A DNA stretch of 64,000 nt from Octopus sinensis (lineage: Eukaryota), in NCBI RefSeq assembly GCF_006345805.1, contig NW_021835993.1:186001-250000 (forward strand), in the 5' to 3' direction. The notes below the pieces were generated by a model. It was not told the DNA's origin. It saw nothing but the letters and a program-made list of their open reading frames with translations, and made no database searches. A program made the translations under genes and the position numbers. Shown here in pieces: positions 12,490 through 24,725 of this stretch (its first letter is position 1; every line of letters begins with the position of its first letter).

Positions 12490-13310
12490 TACTAAGAATA
12501 GTCTTAGAAGAATTCCGAGAGGCGGCTGGAAATTTATTGCAAGCAAGTACAACGAACGATACTCAAAGAACATAAACTTATCTGATGTCAAGAAACTGAT
12601 GATTCCAAAGAAGGCCGATAAAGCTAGAACGATCACCCAAAAGCAAGAAAACGTAGCACATTTGAACGTGGAAATTTCTAAATTCAAAGCTTGTCTTGAG
12701 GATTTAAATATACAAATTGAGAAAGTGAAAGGTATTCCAAGAGAGTCTCGGAAACTAACTCCTAAGATACAGAGGAAATTCATTAAACTGGAAATAATCC
12801 AAGTGCTAAATTCGGCATTTATTATATTATTAAGTCTACTCCCCATAGAAGCATCGAGAAGATTTCGCAATCACCGTATCTGTCCTTAACTTATAAAATT
12901 AGGACTAATTCTAACTGAGTTGAAGCTACGGAAAAAAATGGGAATCACTTTCAAGGTCGAGGTCGAGAAATGCCACAAATACGATCTATTGGCAGGGGAG
13001 ATGTCCATTCTTTACGACGCTCAAGTGAAAATAATTTCACTGATTTTGACTTGGGACGGGCTCGTTTCCAAGTTTTTTAAGAACTACATTGAAAAGTTGG
13101 CTATCGAAGACGGAACTCAAACTTATATACAGTCAGTTGTGTTGAAGAAAATACTGGAGAGCATGATTGTTGAGCACAGGCACGGGATCAGAATCACTGT
13201 TGAGGAGATAATGGATGTTATTTATTTATTTATTAAATCACCAAGACCACGGTAAAAACCGAACAAACGTCACGTGATCTTGATGCACTCAACCAGGGAC
13301 CTCATCCTTA
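12490..13310 (+). mobile_element. R4/Dong-like non-LTR element remnant: N-terminal piece fused to the C-terminal REL endonuclease end
   Basis: GIT..VEVEKCHKYDLLAGEM..KIISLILTWDGLVSKF..QTYIQSVVLKKILESM. The RT portion is deleted. Confidence 0.75.
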
Positions 13311-13399
13311 TGTTAAAAATAATTTATATATTTTCTTATTAGTAATTATAAATTGAAAATCCAGTTAAGTATTCATTTGTTTTTATATAAAATTCCTCG

Positions 13400-14440
13400 G
13401 ATTTTCTTGTTTTTATTGAGCGGATTAAAACTTAGATTAAAATATTTGTAATTACCTTCTATGAAAATGATGATAAGAAGCGAAACAGCAACCGATGAGC
13501 CCAAAAATATATAAAAATCTACAATTTCATTTAATTAAACAGACATTTAATTTCTACTTTATTTTTTTTCTGTGGTGTTTTCATTGAATCTGGATCCGTT
13601 ATCTCTAGTGAACTAATATTTTGTTTCCATTCCATCAGTTCTGATCCGATTCTGTATAAGGCGATTTCACCATCTTCGTTCTCAGGAAGATATTCTCCAT
13701 GTCTCTCGAAGGATTTATTTATATAATAAATTTCCGTTGGTCCGTTAGGTAGTTTGAATTCTAAGGATAGATAAATTTCTTCTAATTTCGAATTCCATAA
13801 TTCTATAGAAACGGGATCTAATTATGAGTATAGAAATGTATCACAATCTTCGATTTCTTTACAAAGTGCGTAGTCGTCGATATAAATACAGACACGAGCC
13901 AACCTGAAATCATAGTCCATTGTTTCCACGTAGAAATTAAAAAAATTGTTTTGATAGTAGACAATTTCGAGTTTTTTTAGAACATAAGGAAAAACTATTT
14001 TTAATCTTGTATAAAATACCAAAATATAACTTGGCGTAATTTACAGATATCCAATATCTGAACACAAAATTATCAGCTTCTTCAATTTTGACTGTATTAC
14101 TAGGACACACATATGCATATTCAGTTCCGTTTTTCATCTTTAAATTATATATTCAACATATAAACCATTATTATGTTGCCTTTAGTTAAATGTCCAAACA
14201 TTTTCCGTTCAAAACAAGCTTCAAGGCTTCCGTTTTTGTCTATATAAAAATTTGCGTGTGGATATTCTATACTATATTTCCAAATCTCAAACCAGTGTAA
14301 TAAATATGATATTCATTATGACCACAAAACCGTGTTACATACTGATGGGAATTGTGATATAATTCTTCACGTACTTCTAAGAATAAAATTTTATTTAACA
14401 ATTTTAACCATTACGATTAAAACAATTTGGATCATCGAAC
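13400..14440 (-). CDS. Unknown AT-rich, probably single-pass membrane protein gene (boundaries approximate)
   Basis: Consecutive ORF pieces joined by candidate mini-introns; C-terminal hydrophobic helix FYIFLGSSVAVSLLIIIFIE. Confidence 0.4.
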
Positions 14441-14659
14441 ATGTTTTCATTCTCCCAAAACAGTAATTCTAATAAAAACTGATTGTAAACAAATTACCTT
14501 TGTACATAATAGAAGTTGAAAACAGTAATATTACAACAAACATTTTAACAATCACGAGATAAATAAGTTATCTGTACTTTTATAGATGCCATTTTGTTTC
14601 CTAAAACGCGCAACGGTTTCTGCAATATATTCCTGCAATGGTTTCTGCAATAGATCAAT

Positions 14660-15476
14660 ATAACTGGAACAATCCAACGCCAATTAATTTAGTTGGAATG
14701 GCAATTGGAGATGGTCTTTGTGATCCGTATAATGTATGTTAATTGAGCTATAAAAAAGATGTTTGACTATGGAACGTATCTATATAATATTGGATTTATT
14801 TTTGATAATCAAATTGGAAAATTTGACAAATTAAATTTTTTGGCACGTCAGAACATTGAAGCTGGAAATTTTTATCGAAGCAGTGAGGTTTCTTTTATTA
14901 AATAAACGAAGTATTTTGATGAAATATTTGACCTATTCTATGAACTAACTGGTCTTACTGACTATTATAATTATATACTCGACGTGGTTTTAGTTCAATA
15001 ATTCAAAGTTTAGGAAGTTCCCTATCAAAATTATATTAATTTTGTAAGCAACAATTCTCGTCGATTTAACGCAGGAAATTTAACATTTTGTGATTACTGT
15101 GTTCTTCCCAATCCGAAATTATATGAAGATATCCCCAAATCAATGGCCTCCACAATACAAAACATCCTCAATGCAGGCTATAAAGTGATTTAATTATTAT
15201 TATCAGACTCTCTTTTATTCCGGACAAGTTGACGTAATCGTCCCCTATATTGCGACCAGTGCATTTTTAAGAGAACTTAATTGGATTGGAAAAGAAGAAT
15301 TTTCAAATGCTCCTCAGCAAATTTGGTACTCGACAAACGGCTCTAGAGTGAATGGATATTATAAAACTGCTGGAAATTTAATGCAGGTAATTGTGAGAGA
15401 TTCTGGACATATGGTTCCAACGGATCAACCAGAAGCAGGAGTCGAAATGCTCAAACTTTTCATCTATGGATTCTAA
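14660..15476 (+). pseudogene. CPVL: Serine carboxypeptidase (CPVL-like, S10), C-terminal half only
   Basis: INLVGMAIGDGLCDP..TLFYSGQVDVIV..LNWIGKEEF..VIVRDSGHMVPTDQP, with introns of 22-29 nt. No GESYAG nucleophile segment was found upstream. Confidence 0.8.
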
Positions 15477-15689
15477 TTAATTATTTATTTCTGGTTTCTG
15501 GTTTATACTAACATATTTTGTTACTGATTACTAAACAATTTTCTGATAATTTTTTGCATGAATTATGCGAAAAATGAAGAGCGATGAAAGTGAGGAACTA
15601 ATAGCAATTGTTTTGTTTGTAATAATATGAATTGTTCAATTTTTTTATTTTAGCTAAAAAAATTCTATTTAATAATCCATTCCCAATCA

Positions 15690-16800
15690 AATATAATTTC
15701 AATATTTGTTCACCAATTTGAAATCGATCGTCCCTGGGTAAATAAACAGTTTTCTATCAGAATCTGTTATGAAATCCCCTGCAACAGACATTCCATCTTC
15801 TTTCGTATCTAGTGTGGGTTGGAAATCATGTTTCCCGGTTTGTTCAAAAGTCACTTTGATTTCTCATCATGAAACCATTCGTTTTAAACAAAAATGGGAC
15901 GAAATTATACTTTTCGGTAAAAACAGCGGTATTTCGATTTTTTTGAACCTTAGGTCAGATAATGGCATGTCCGGCAGTTGTCAACTAACTTTTGCAAATC
16001 TTTTTTCCGAGTATCCCATAAAATGATTTCTCCAAATCACCTGCCTACTTACTCAATTCCAACGTCAAAAACTATTAAATAAATCCAGCTTATTATTAAA
16101 AAATAAGTATGATTCAAAAGTATTAATAGCCTCAAATGATGAAATGGACAGAATAGCTCGAATGTCATTTCAAATAAGAGGACCAACAATCCAACAAGTC
16201 TTAATCAAATGAATAAATATATCACGAGCAATTAAATAAGCACACTTCAGCAAATGGGACTCGTCAATAAAATAACAAGAGTGCAAAATGATTAAAAAAA
16301 TATAAAAGAAGACACCGAACTATAATATTCAGACATAACAGATTATTGCAAACAGATTAGACGGCTCAGCCACCTGTCTTTACAGATACGCAATACAAGA
16401 AGAACAAATATTCCTAATTCTATAAATATGTACAAAAACCGACGTGACATTGACCACAAACGAGTGGTTGAGGGCTCTTTTGATAGAAAATGTCTCAAGT
16501 CTCCTACGGAAGCCCGGTTTTTACTCAAGTCAACCCCTTCAAGTCTGTTTCGAAAAAGAATGGCATCGTAAAGAGCAACAGTCAACCCTGAAAGGATGTC
16601 TTGTGTTGAAAGAGTCTCCTCCTTGGATCAGTCCGGGAACTGAAGGAAATGCATTAGTAGTATTCCTGCAGGGCAATACCATCATATCCGCGTTATTCAC
16701 AACATCTTCAAAATAAAGTCTCATATTTTCTCAAAGATACGGTCCCGTAAATTTAAAACACGTATCAGTACAACACACCTACTACTTATTACCTACATGA
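15690..16800 (-). CDS. Possible unknown intron-containing gene with hydrophobic segments
   Basis: Open frames (e.g. 16343-16585) separated by GT-AG mini-intron candidates. No family recognised. Confidence 0.3.
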
Positions 16801-16974
16801 GACTGCAGTTTATTGCATTTCACAAAAACATGATAATTTGCATCTCGGCATGTCTAATGCTTGAAAAATTAAAGTCCGAATTTTGTTAAACTAATTTTTC
16901 TGATGCGATAACAAATTGAAAATTAAATTAATCGTGGCCCAAATTATCTTTGATGCAAGTCTTTTATTAAAAAA

Positions 16975-19202
16975 TTATTCAAAATCAGCAGATGCCCACA
17001 TTCCAAGTCTATGAGCCTTAGCCTCATCCTGAGCCAGAAAGTAGTCGTGGGCAAACTGTTGAAATATGTGAACACTGACAGAACACAGTCCTAGTCTGAC
17101 CATCTCCAACCCAAAGTCCCTCCTCTCCCCTTCCAGAAGAGTGAACATGACAACATAGGTGACTCGGTCAGTCTCCTTCACAATGTCAATCAGACAGTTA
17201 TCCTCAGTCTCCTTGGCCATATTCCTCACAACACAGGAAACAAATGTCTGATTATACTCCACAAAGGCCAGTCTGCATTTCACACACAGTGGGGGATAGT
17301 CCTGCAAATGTGTGGGCAGACCACGCACATGACTGGACATGGACAAGTCCATCTGCTAACAATACACCCACAACCAAGACATAGCCATAGTCGATGAAAT
17401 ACAGTCGCATTTCATTTGTCGACTGGTCGACCGACTCGACTCTCGTTCGGTACCAATTCAAGTCACATCTGGCCCTCACAACACACAGAGAGTTGATTGT
17501 GAGTTGACCAAGAGGGAGGAAAAAGAACTTGCTCTTGTCAATGGGGTTCAACTCTCTCATGGTCTCCTCAATCACCGTCACTACAACACTCACAGAAATG
17601 GTCACAATTCGTCACTCTCTGCAGGTAGAACTCGTCCTCCTTTATGTACGACAGACACATTTCCAACATCCTTCTGTCCGCCTGCTTGGGGAATCTTCCC
17701 AGATCTTATACAAGTGAGAGGACATTTAGTTGCTTCATTCTGGCCACTCTTTGGGCATTCCTCATGTCTTCATCTTTATTGGAGCCTGCAGTGAGGAAAG
17801 CCAGTCCATTCTCCACCAAAGACATGGCCAGTCCCCTCCCTTCCACGCTCACCCAACCAATAAGGAATCCATAATTATCCACCCTAACCACCCTCACGTC
17901 CACCTCCTTATTCGTCACCAAATTCCTGACAAACTCGACCCCCCTCATCCTCACACAGTCCGGGGATTTGGGACACCTCACTCCGTCCAGCAACAGTTTG
18001 ACTCGGTAGTGGTCCCTCACTGTGAGAATGGTCAGACTGGATCCGTAAATGACCTGTTCTATCCACGCCTTAAACCACCCTATCTTCTCAAACCGCGGAA
18101 ACAGTGATTTGACTTCAAAAATGTCCTACCAATTGCCCACCCAAAACAACATGTGTCAAATCGATCAATTTATCAGTCACATTCCACATTCCTAGCTGGG
18201 AGTCTCTGCCTATTCTGTGGGTCACACAGGAAATGTACTTCTGTGCTTGGGAGTACTCTGGGTGGGCTGGAGATAGCGATACAGCCAGTCCTTTCTGAAG
18301 GAGACTGATGGCTACATCACTTTTCTAAGATAAATATGCCACTGTGACACATTTAGCAAAACAGTGGCAAGAAAAGTGCCATTTTTGGTAATCCAAGCAA
18401 AGCGGACAGTCACCTTCCTCTGCAAAAGACGAGCCACCATAAACGCCTTGGCTTGTTCCTCCCAGTCAGTACAAAACCAGTACATTCAACAGTCGGGGAC
18501 TACACACACGTATTCCGTAGAGAGTGACATAAACATACTGCCAGTCCTCTAACAACAGAATTCTCATTTTGGATGCATTCACGACGTGTTCGACCAAACC
18601 TACCAATCAGGCCAAATTAGACCAGAACAGTCCCTTCCTTGTCTGGCCAGCAAGAAGGACTGACTGTCCTCCACCACCCACAGTACTCGCCGCACAATCG
18701 CCTGGGAGAGACCCCCCCAGCGACCTCGCCCGGCTTGTCTGGCCTCCTCCTGACAGGCCAACATCGCCCTGTACTCCCCACTGCCATATTAACACACATC
18801 ACCAGTCGGCCGCCTTCCCGACCAGTCGACGGACTGATGACAGGCCAGACAGGACTACTCGTTGGTTGATGCTCTGCCCACCTCCCAGGTGGAGGGTCAC
18901 CAGTTCTGTCTCCTGCAGTCCTCCCTCCCGTTTGACGGACACTCGTTTATTCAGACTGAGGGATCGGAGGAATTCACGTGCTTCCCAGGCAAAGGGCTCG
19001 TCTGGCTGGAATGATTTGAGAACTCACTGAATTGGTCGATTCCATGGCCAGTTTAGGGGAGATGACGTTGTATAATAATACTTTCCGAGGGACAGCACTA
19101 GGGGAGGACGTTTCTTGGAGGATTACTGTATTTCCGCTTAATACCTACCCCTATTAGACACGTAACCACTTGCTTCACAACAAGGTGGATGTGTTTATTC
19201 AT
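16975..19202 (-). CDS. SND1: Tudor-SN (staphylococcal nuclease and Tudor domain protein), shortened
   Basis: MNKHIHLVVKQ|VLSGNTVI..DEPFAWEAREFLR (SN1); VEHVVNASKMRILLL (SN2); WIEQVIYGSSL..LLLDGVRCP (SN4); WYRTRVESV..LYFIDYG (Tudor); AQDEAKAHRLGMW (SN5). Confidence 0.9.
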
Positions 19203-19270
19203 ATTAATTAATTTAAAATTAATTGTTTTAACAACTAAATAAATAAAATATTAAAAACATAATTGTTGTG

Positions 19271-19976
19271 ATGGATATCAACTACATACAAGGACAAGAA
19301 GAAGGAGACCAGAAAATGAACAACCTCTACGTGTCCTATGGCACAGTCTACTCAGCAGCCAAAAACGCCTTGCTGACCCGCCTGTCCCTCCTCTGCGGGG
19401 TCAATCAAGGCCCTCAGGACTTCAAAAACACAGTCTCCACCTACCTCCAAAGTACCCCACCCCCACCACACAGGAAACCCCAACTCCCAAGACCGCCTCC
19501 TCACCGTGAGACGAAAAACCGACAGCGCGGAAAACGTGTGCTACGTCATCCATCACGGAATCGCGGATTCCCTGCCCGACATGCCCCACGTGATGTCCCG
19601 GTCGATCACGCAATGTCGAGGGGACCTAAAAATAGTCAAATTCCTGGAGGAAATTGGATTTGAGTATTCACGGAGGTTAATCCGCAGACACACGGCGGAC
19701 TACATCACGGAAGGACAGGTCGTGTGGTGGGGGACTGTCAAAATATCCATCTACCGGATTATCCCCGTTGGTCCCCCTCTCTTAGAGTAGTCCAAGTCTC
19801 ACTCCCTTCATGACTTCACTGAGTCTGTGGTGGTGGAGATCTCCGTGGTGGGGGAGGAGGATGCCTGTGGGGTGCTCAAACATGTGATCGACGGCCTCTC
19901 TCCGTGTGTGAGTGTTGTGTATTCTAGACTGGTCGACTTTTATAACTTTGGGAAGGATTCGTTGATATTTGGATAG
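19271..19976 (+). CDS. MED18: Mediator subunit 18
   Basis: LYVSYGTV..LLTRLSLLC..; KFLEEIGFEY..WGTVKISIYRI..; VVEISVV..LSP|LVDF. Collinear with the remembered MED18 pattern LIHRLRGLC / FLMEMGF / KIMVYKI / LVELSVV. Confidence 0.8.
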
Positions 19977-20027
19977 TTTTAATGACTATTTATATTCACA
20001 AAATGCAGATAAATTTGCTTAGTTATG

Positions 20028-20680
20028 TCATTTTCTTTTGAGGAATTGTTTTAATTCGTTTTCTTCATTGCCCACGTAGGTGTCACGTGGGAGTGTTGTG
20101 AGGGAAAAGTAGTGGTAGCTCTTTGTGGTAGAGTTGTCCTCTCTTTTGATCTTCCGGGGGACCACAAAGGGGAGGTCCGTGAAGGCATAACTGAGCCTCT
20201 TCTCTGGCTTGAACTCAAAATTCTCCTCAGCCACACTCCCACGAGAAGAACACTCGGACAGGTGGAGAGTGAAGGCCGAGGTGTCCTCACTCAGAGAGGT
20301 CTCTGACGATTTGGGACTGTCGGGTGGCTGGGTGACCGCCTTTGATCTATGAATGGTGAGAGAGGAGGACAGTTCTTCCAGTCTGCGAGTCTGTGACCTC
20401 GTCTGCACGTGGGAGTCCCGCCCGTCGTCTGCACTCTCAGGACACCCAAACCCTGGAGGTGTTTGAGCAGCCAAATGTAGCTCTCGATGATGTCCTTTAG
20501 TGACGTGAGGGCGGGAAACTCGTCTTCCGACACTTCCGAGAGTGACTTGCACTCTGTTTTGAATGTTCGACACGTTTTTTTGCAGTCTATTTCGTGGAGG
20601 TAGTCAGAATAGGGGTATTTAGTTATATTATACCCAATACTAGCTGTGCCATTTTGTTATTGGAGACCATTTCCTAGGGG
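20028..20680 (-). CDS. Unknown protein with mini-introns
   Basis: YSDYLHEIDCKKRVEH../ ..LKDIIESYIWLLKHLQ, then the intron gtttgggtgtcctgagagtgcag, then DDGRDSHVQ... in frame to the stop at 20028. Confidence 0.55.
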
Positions 20681-21959
20681 TTATTGGGGCATGGTAACTA
20701 GTGTGATAGGGAAAATGCGACCGCAATTCGGAAGGTCATTTTATTCAAATGTTCAAATCAAGATTTAAATAAATTAATTACAATTTAATAGATATCAATA
20801 TTTCTTTGTTCTAATATTTTGTATATATTTATTAAGATTTTGAATATTTTCCATAAAAGATTATTTTTTAAGAGGATAATTCAGCAGATTTATGTTAACT
20901 GAAGAATCAAAACCAGATTTTTAAGTGTAAATCGAGTTGTTTGTCTACAATTCAAATAATTATTTCAAAATTTTAGTCTTTTGGAAAAACATTTTGGTCA
21001 TACTTTGCTTAGTTAGACATTTTGAAATGAAACAATCAAGGAGCCTCTTTTCTATTTTTGTTTTTTAATTTGGGCCTTGACCGGCCAGGCCGAGGTTAGA
21101 AAGAAGCATCATTTTGAAAGTTTATTGACCAAAACGTGTCGGAACAAGTGTTTTCCAGACAAGAAATGCGTCCTGTCGTTTTATGTCTTGAGGTCTAAGT
21201 TGATAAGTTCCAGCTGAGTTCAAAAATAGACACCAAACTGGAATATAATATGTAATTAGAACTGCAATTAGGAAATACAAGCCTGCTTAGAATATTTGTC
21301 ATACTTTTCAAATCCAGTATAACACAAACTGTCCTTCTATTTACAAAACAAAGTCACGATGATAACACAACACGCTTGGGTCCATGTTTGGATTCATTTT
21401 CACAAAATGAGATCTTAAAAACCCACCAATTAGCAGTGGCTGAAAATCCCTTCTTGAACGCATTATTAAGAATTTAATTGATCAGCCTTGACCGCCCTCG
21501 CTTGAAGGAGAGGAATGGATCAGAGAAAAATCCCGTAAAGTAGGATACCTCTGGTGAACTCTCAGGGTTATTTTCAACGACGACATACACCTGCGAATCA
21601 CTCAAATGAAGAGTCCTCCTTTGCCAAGGAAGTGTTTGAGCATCCAGCTCATTTTTCTTAACCATTTGCTGTTGTACACCCCTACTGGGCAAACGAGTCG
21701 TCATAGTAGAACTAAGTCTCCTATTCTCTTCATACAAATACCCTTTTAAGAGTCCCTTGTTCTCGGACAATTCACAAAACACATCAAAACATCTTTTTTG
21801 AAGAGTCCCATGTCCTCGAACTCGCTGGAACGAGTTAAAGACACAGCTTCTTAGGCATTGGTCGACTATTCCCTCCCGGAGCCTCCTTCTTCTTGCCAGG
21901 AGTGACCACATATTCCGTAATTAAATTGTTAATTTCAGTGTGCCGGGGAAATCGACCGG

Positions 21960-22230
21960 CATTCATTCTACAAAACAGAGCCCAAAGGCGTTAACTTTAG
22001 TCCCACAACGGCAGGGGTGAGGTTTGCAGACAGGAAGTCCAAGGAGATTGCAGATACCCAAACGGAGTGAATCCCTATCGAGGACAGTATCTAAAAGCGG
22101 AGAAGAGAGTACATTAGGCTGGGAATCTGAGTATGGCTGATAGGCGGAACGGAGACAAGCCAGTCTGTGTTGGTCGAGGAGCGGTTCCAAGTCATCTGAA
22201 GATCGACGGCAAAGAATTTTGTCCAATCCC
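21960..22230 (-). mobile_element. CRE element fragment (zinc-knuckle region)
   Basis: DQHRLACLRSA..DTVLDRDSLRLGICNLLGLPVCKPHPCRCG. Confidence 0.85.
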
Positions 22231-22399
22231 GCTGAGAAATGACATAAAAAATTAATTCCATTTAACCTTGAATTTCAAACAACAATAGAGATATATACAG
22301 AACGTTTTTTGATTTAACAAAAATAATTTCGTTATTTCGTAAAATTTTCATTTCCGAATTTTAAAGCTTCAAGTACATGGATTAATTCTTTTAAGAATA

Positions 22400-22830
22400 A
22401 ATTTGAAAAAAAATCTCGTACTATATCAAAAGCAATTAGTCAATTCTGTATTTTTATATAAAAGCCATGCTGACTTTTTATCGAAAATTTCATCTAATGA
22501 TCTCAAAGATGAAAAAATCAGAAATTTTAAACTAGTTGATGTAATACCATTGATAATTGAAGCGTGGTATGAAATTAAAAGAATAACAGTAACGAATTGC
22601 ATTGAAAAAGCATTTAACAATTGGGCAATCAGGACACTCCAGATGACTCTACTTTTAAGGAGGACTCTCCGGTTTCAGATGATGATGAAAATTGTACCTA
22701 TAAAAATTGCAACAACAATGATGAAGAATTTTTGAGAACAATTGAGTCCTATAAAGATTAGGATTAAGAGAATAAAAATGATGAAGATATAGAGAAAATT
22801 GATTTCTGTGATGCAATTAATCCAAAAATG
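22400..22830 (+). mobile_element. pogo/Tigger transposase C-terminal remnant
   Basis: LVDVIPLIIEAWYEIKRITVTNCIEKAF followed by an acidic tail. Confidence 0.6.
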
Positions 22831-22859
22831 TCAATTCCAGAAAAATGTTAACTAAGGTC

Positions 22860-22985
22860 AATAAGAAGAAGAACTGATGGCGATCTTGTTTCCCCTCACT
22901 ATTGCTTGGGACACGTTCTGGAGGAGCCATCTCGTCTCCAGAGGATTGTGTGTTCTCAAAGCCTTGAGACGTCCAATACACTTGA
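22860..22985 (-). mobile_element. Short CRE 3' end
   Basis: Reverse strand reads IGRLKALRTHNPLETRWLLQNVSQAIVRGNKIAISS. Confidence 0.75.
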
Positions 22986-23502
22986 GAAAATTATTTTAAT
23001 TTTTCGTTAAAAATACAATCCACTTTATTGCGAAAAACTCGACAGAAAACCGAAAATTAAAAGATGATACCTTCGATAAAAAATTACGTTAAAAATTGTT
23101 TTTAAATAAGAAAATTCAGATAAAAATCCAAACACAAACATTTCTCACAAAGAAAATGCAAGAGACTACTAAGACTTAACTTCTTGGCAAAATGAACACA
23201 AAATTTCAGACTAACTTTCTTTGAATATTAACTCGAAATGGCCACAGAAATAAAGACCAGTCTCAAATAAAATTTATTTATTTTATTTATTCATAAACCG
23301 TTCAGTAAAACTGGAGATAGACTTATCAGCCTTCCGCTGTAGGTTCGAGATCGTTTGCAGATTTGTTTTGAGATATGATCCCCAGGCAATACAAACATAG
23401 CCTCCGCCAAGTCGGTTTAACCGATCTAAGCGGATACAGTTATATCCCGGGAATGAGGGAGTAAGTGAGGAGAATGTCAATCTGGTTTATTGTCGTCTAG
23501 AT

Positions 23503-24725
23503 CAGCGGTTCTCAAATGCGGCCCCCGGGGCCGCATGCGGCCCGCAGGATTTTTTTTGCGGCCCCTCTAGAGTAACTAACTTTTTTAATTTTTTAATAAT
23601 GTTAAAATTTAATTATTTATTGATTGTTCCAAAGATATAACCGAAAATAGTTTCGATCAATTAATATGGCATCACTGCATAATTCACCAGAAAATCTTAT
23701 CGCCAAGTCCATTAAAATGGAACATGTTTCCAAAAAAGTCGTTAATATCGTTTATTGGATACGCTCAAAAGCGCTCAATCACCGATATTTTAAATCTTTT
23801 TTGGAAGAAGTTGATGCTGAGTATGGAGATGTTATTTTTCATACTGAAGTGAGGTGGTTAAGTCGTTCGAAATGCCTTAATATTTTATTAAAGGTTCTAT
23901 AAATTGCTTCCAGAAATTAAGGAGTTTACCAAAGACAGAGTAATTTTCGATGAACTTTACGATGAAAGATGGATTGCCGATTTGGCTTTTTATGTTGATT
24001 TAACCACGCATTTGTCGGATCTCAATGTTGAATTACAAGGAAAAGGCAAACTCTGTTATCAGGTATATGGATACATTTCTTTGTTTATCGAAAAATTATA
24101 TTTATGGATGACTTCCCTTAAAGAGGGAGATACATCTCATTTTTATTCACTATCTGAAAACAACGAAGGCGCTGCTTATGAAAAATACATATCCATAATT
24201 GGTGATTTAATTAATCAATTTGAAGCACGTTTTGGGGTACATTTATATAAATTTAATTTTTAGAATTTTAAAAAATTCCTTCCTTTAATGAAAATATTCG
24301 CAACTCCATTCAGCGTGGAAATTAAGGATGCGCCTGCAAAGTTTCAACTAGAACTCATTAATTTACAACATGATATAGAACTGGCGGCATTGTTCAAAAA
24401 AAGCGTCCATTATTAATTTTACGAATTAATTCCTCAAGACAAATTCAAAAATATAACACACAATGCATATATGAATATATCAATGTTTGGATCTACTTTT
24501 TATGCGAATCAATATTTAGGAAAATTTAGTCTGAAAATTTAGTTTAAAAAGTTAGTCTGAAATCATTTTCCTAACTCATTACCATCAGCAGTGGCTGCAC
24601 TTCGGATTGCAAGCGAGTTACCGGCTTGGAAAATATAAAAATATATAAAATATTTTTTGTGCGGCCCGCGAAGCTAATCTTAATTATCGATTTGGCCCTT
24701 GAGCTAAAAAGGTTGAGAACCCCTG
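23503..24725 (+). mobile_element. hAT (Charlie/SPIN group) element, internally deleted, with TIRs and TSD
   Basis: Termini CAGCGGTTCTCAA and TTGAGAACCCCTG; perfect 8-bp TSD GTCTAGAT at 23495-23502 and 24726-24733. Transposase reads HTEVRWLS..DLAFYVDLTTHL. Confidence 0.95.

Noticed and set aside
21474-21911. 145-aa ORF beside a CRE fragment
   Set aside because: No recognisable motif, no clear start or splice pattern; cannot be supported as a gene.
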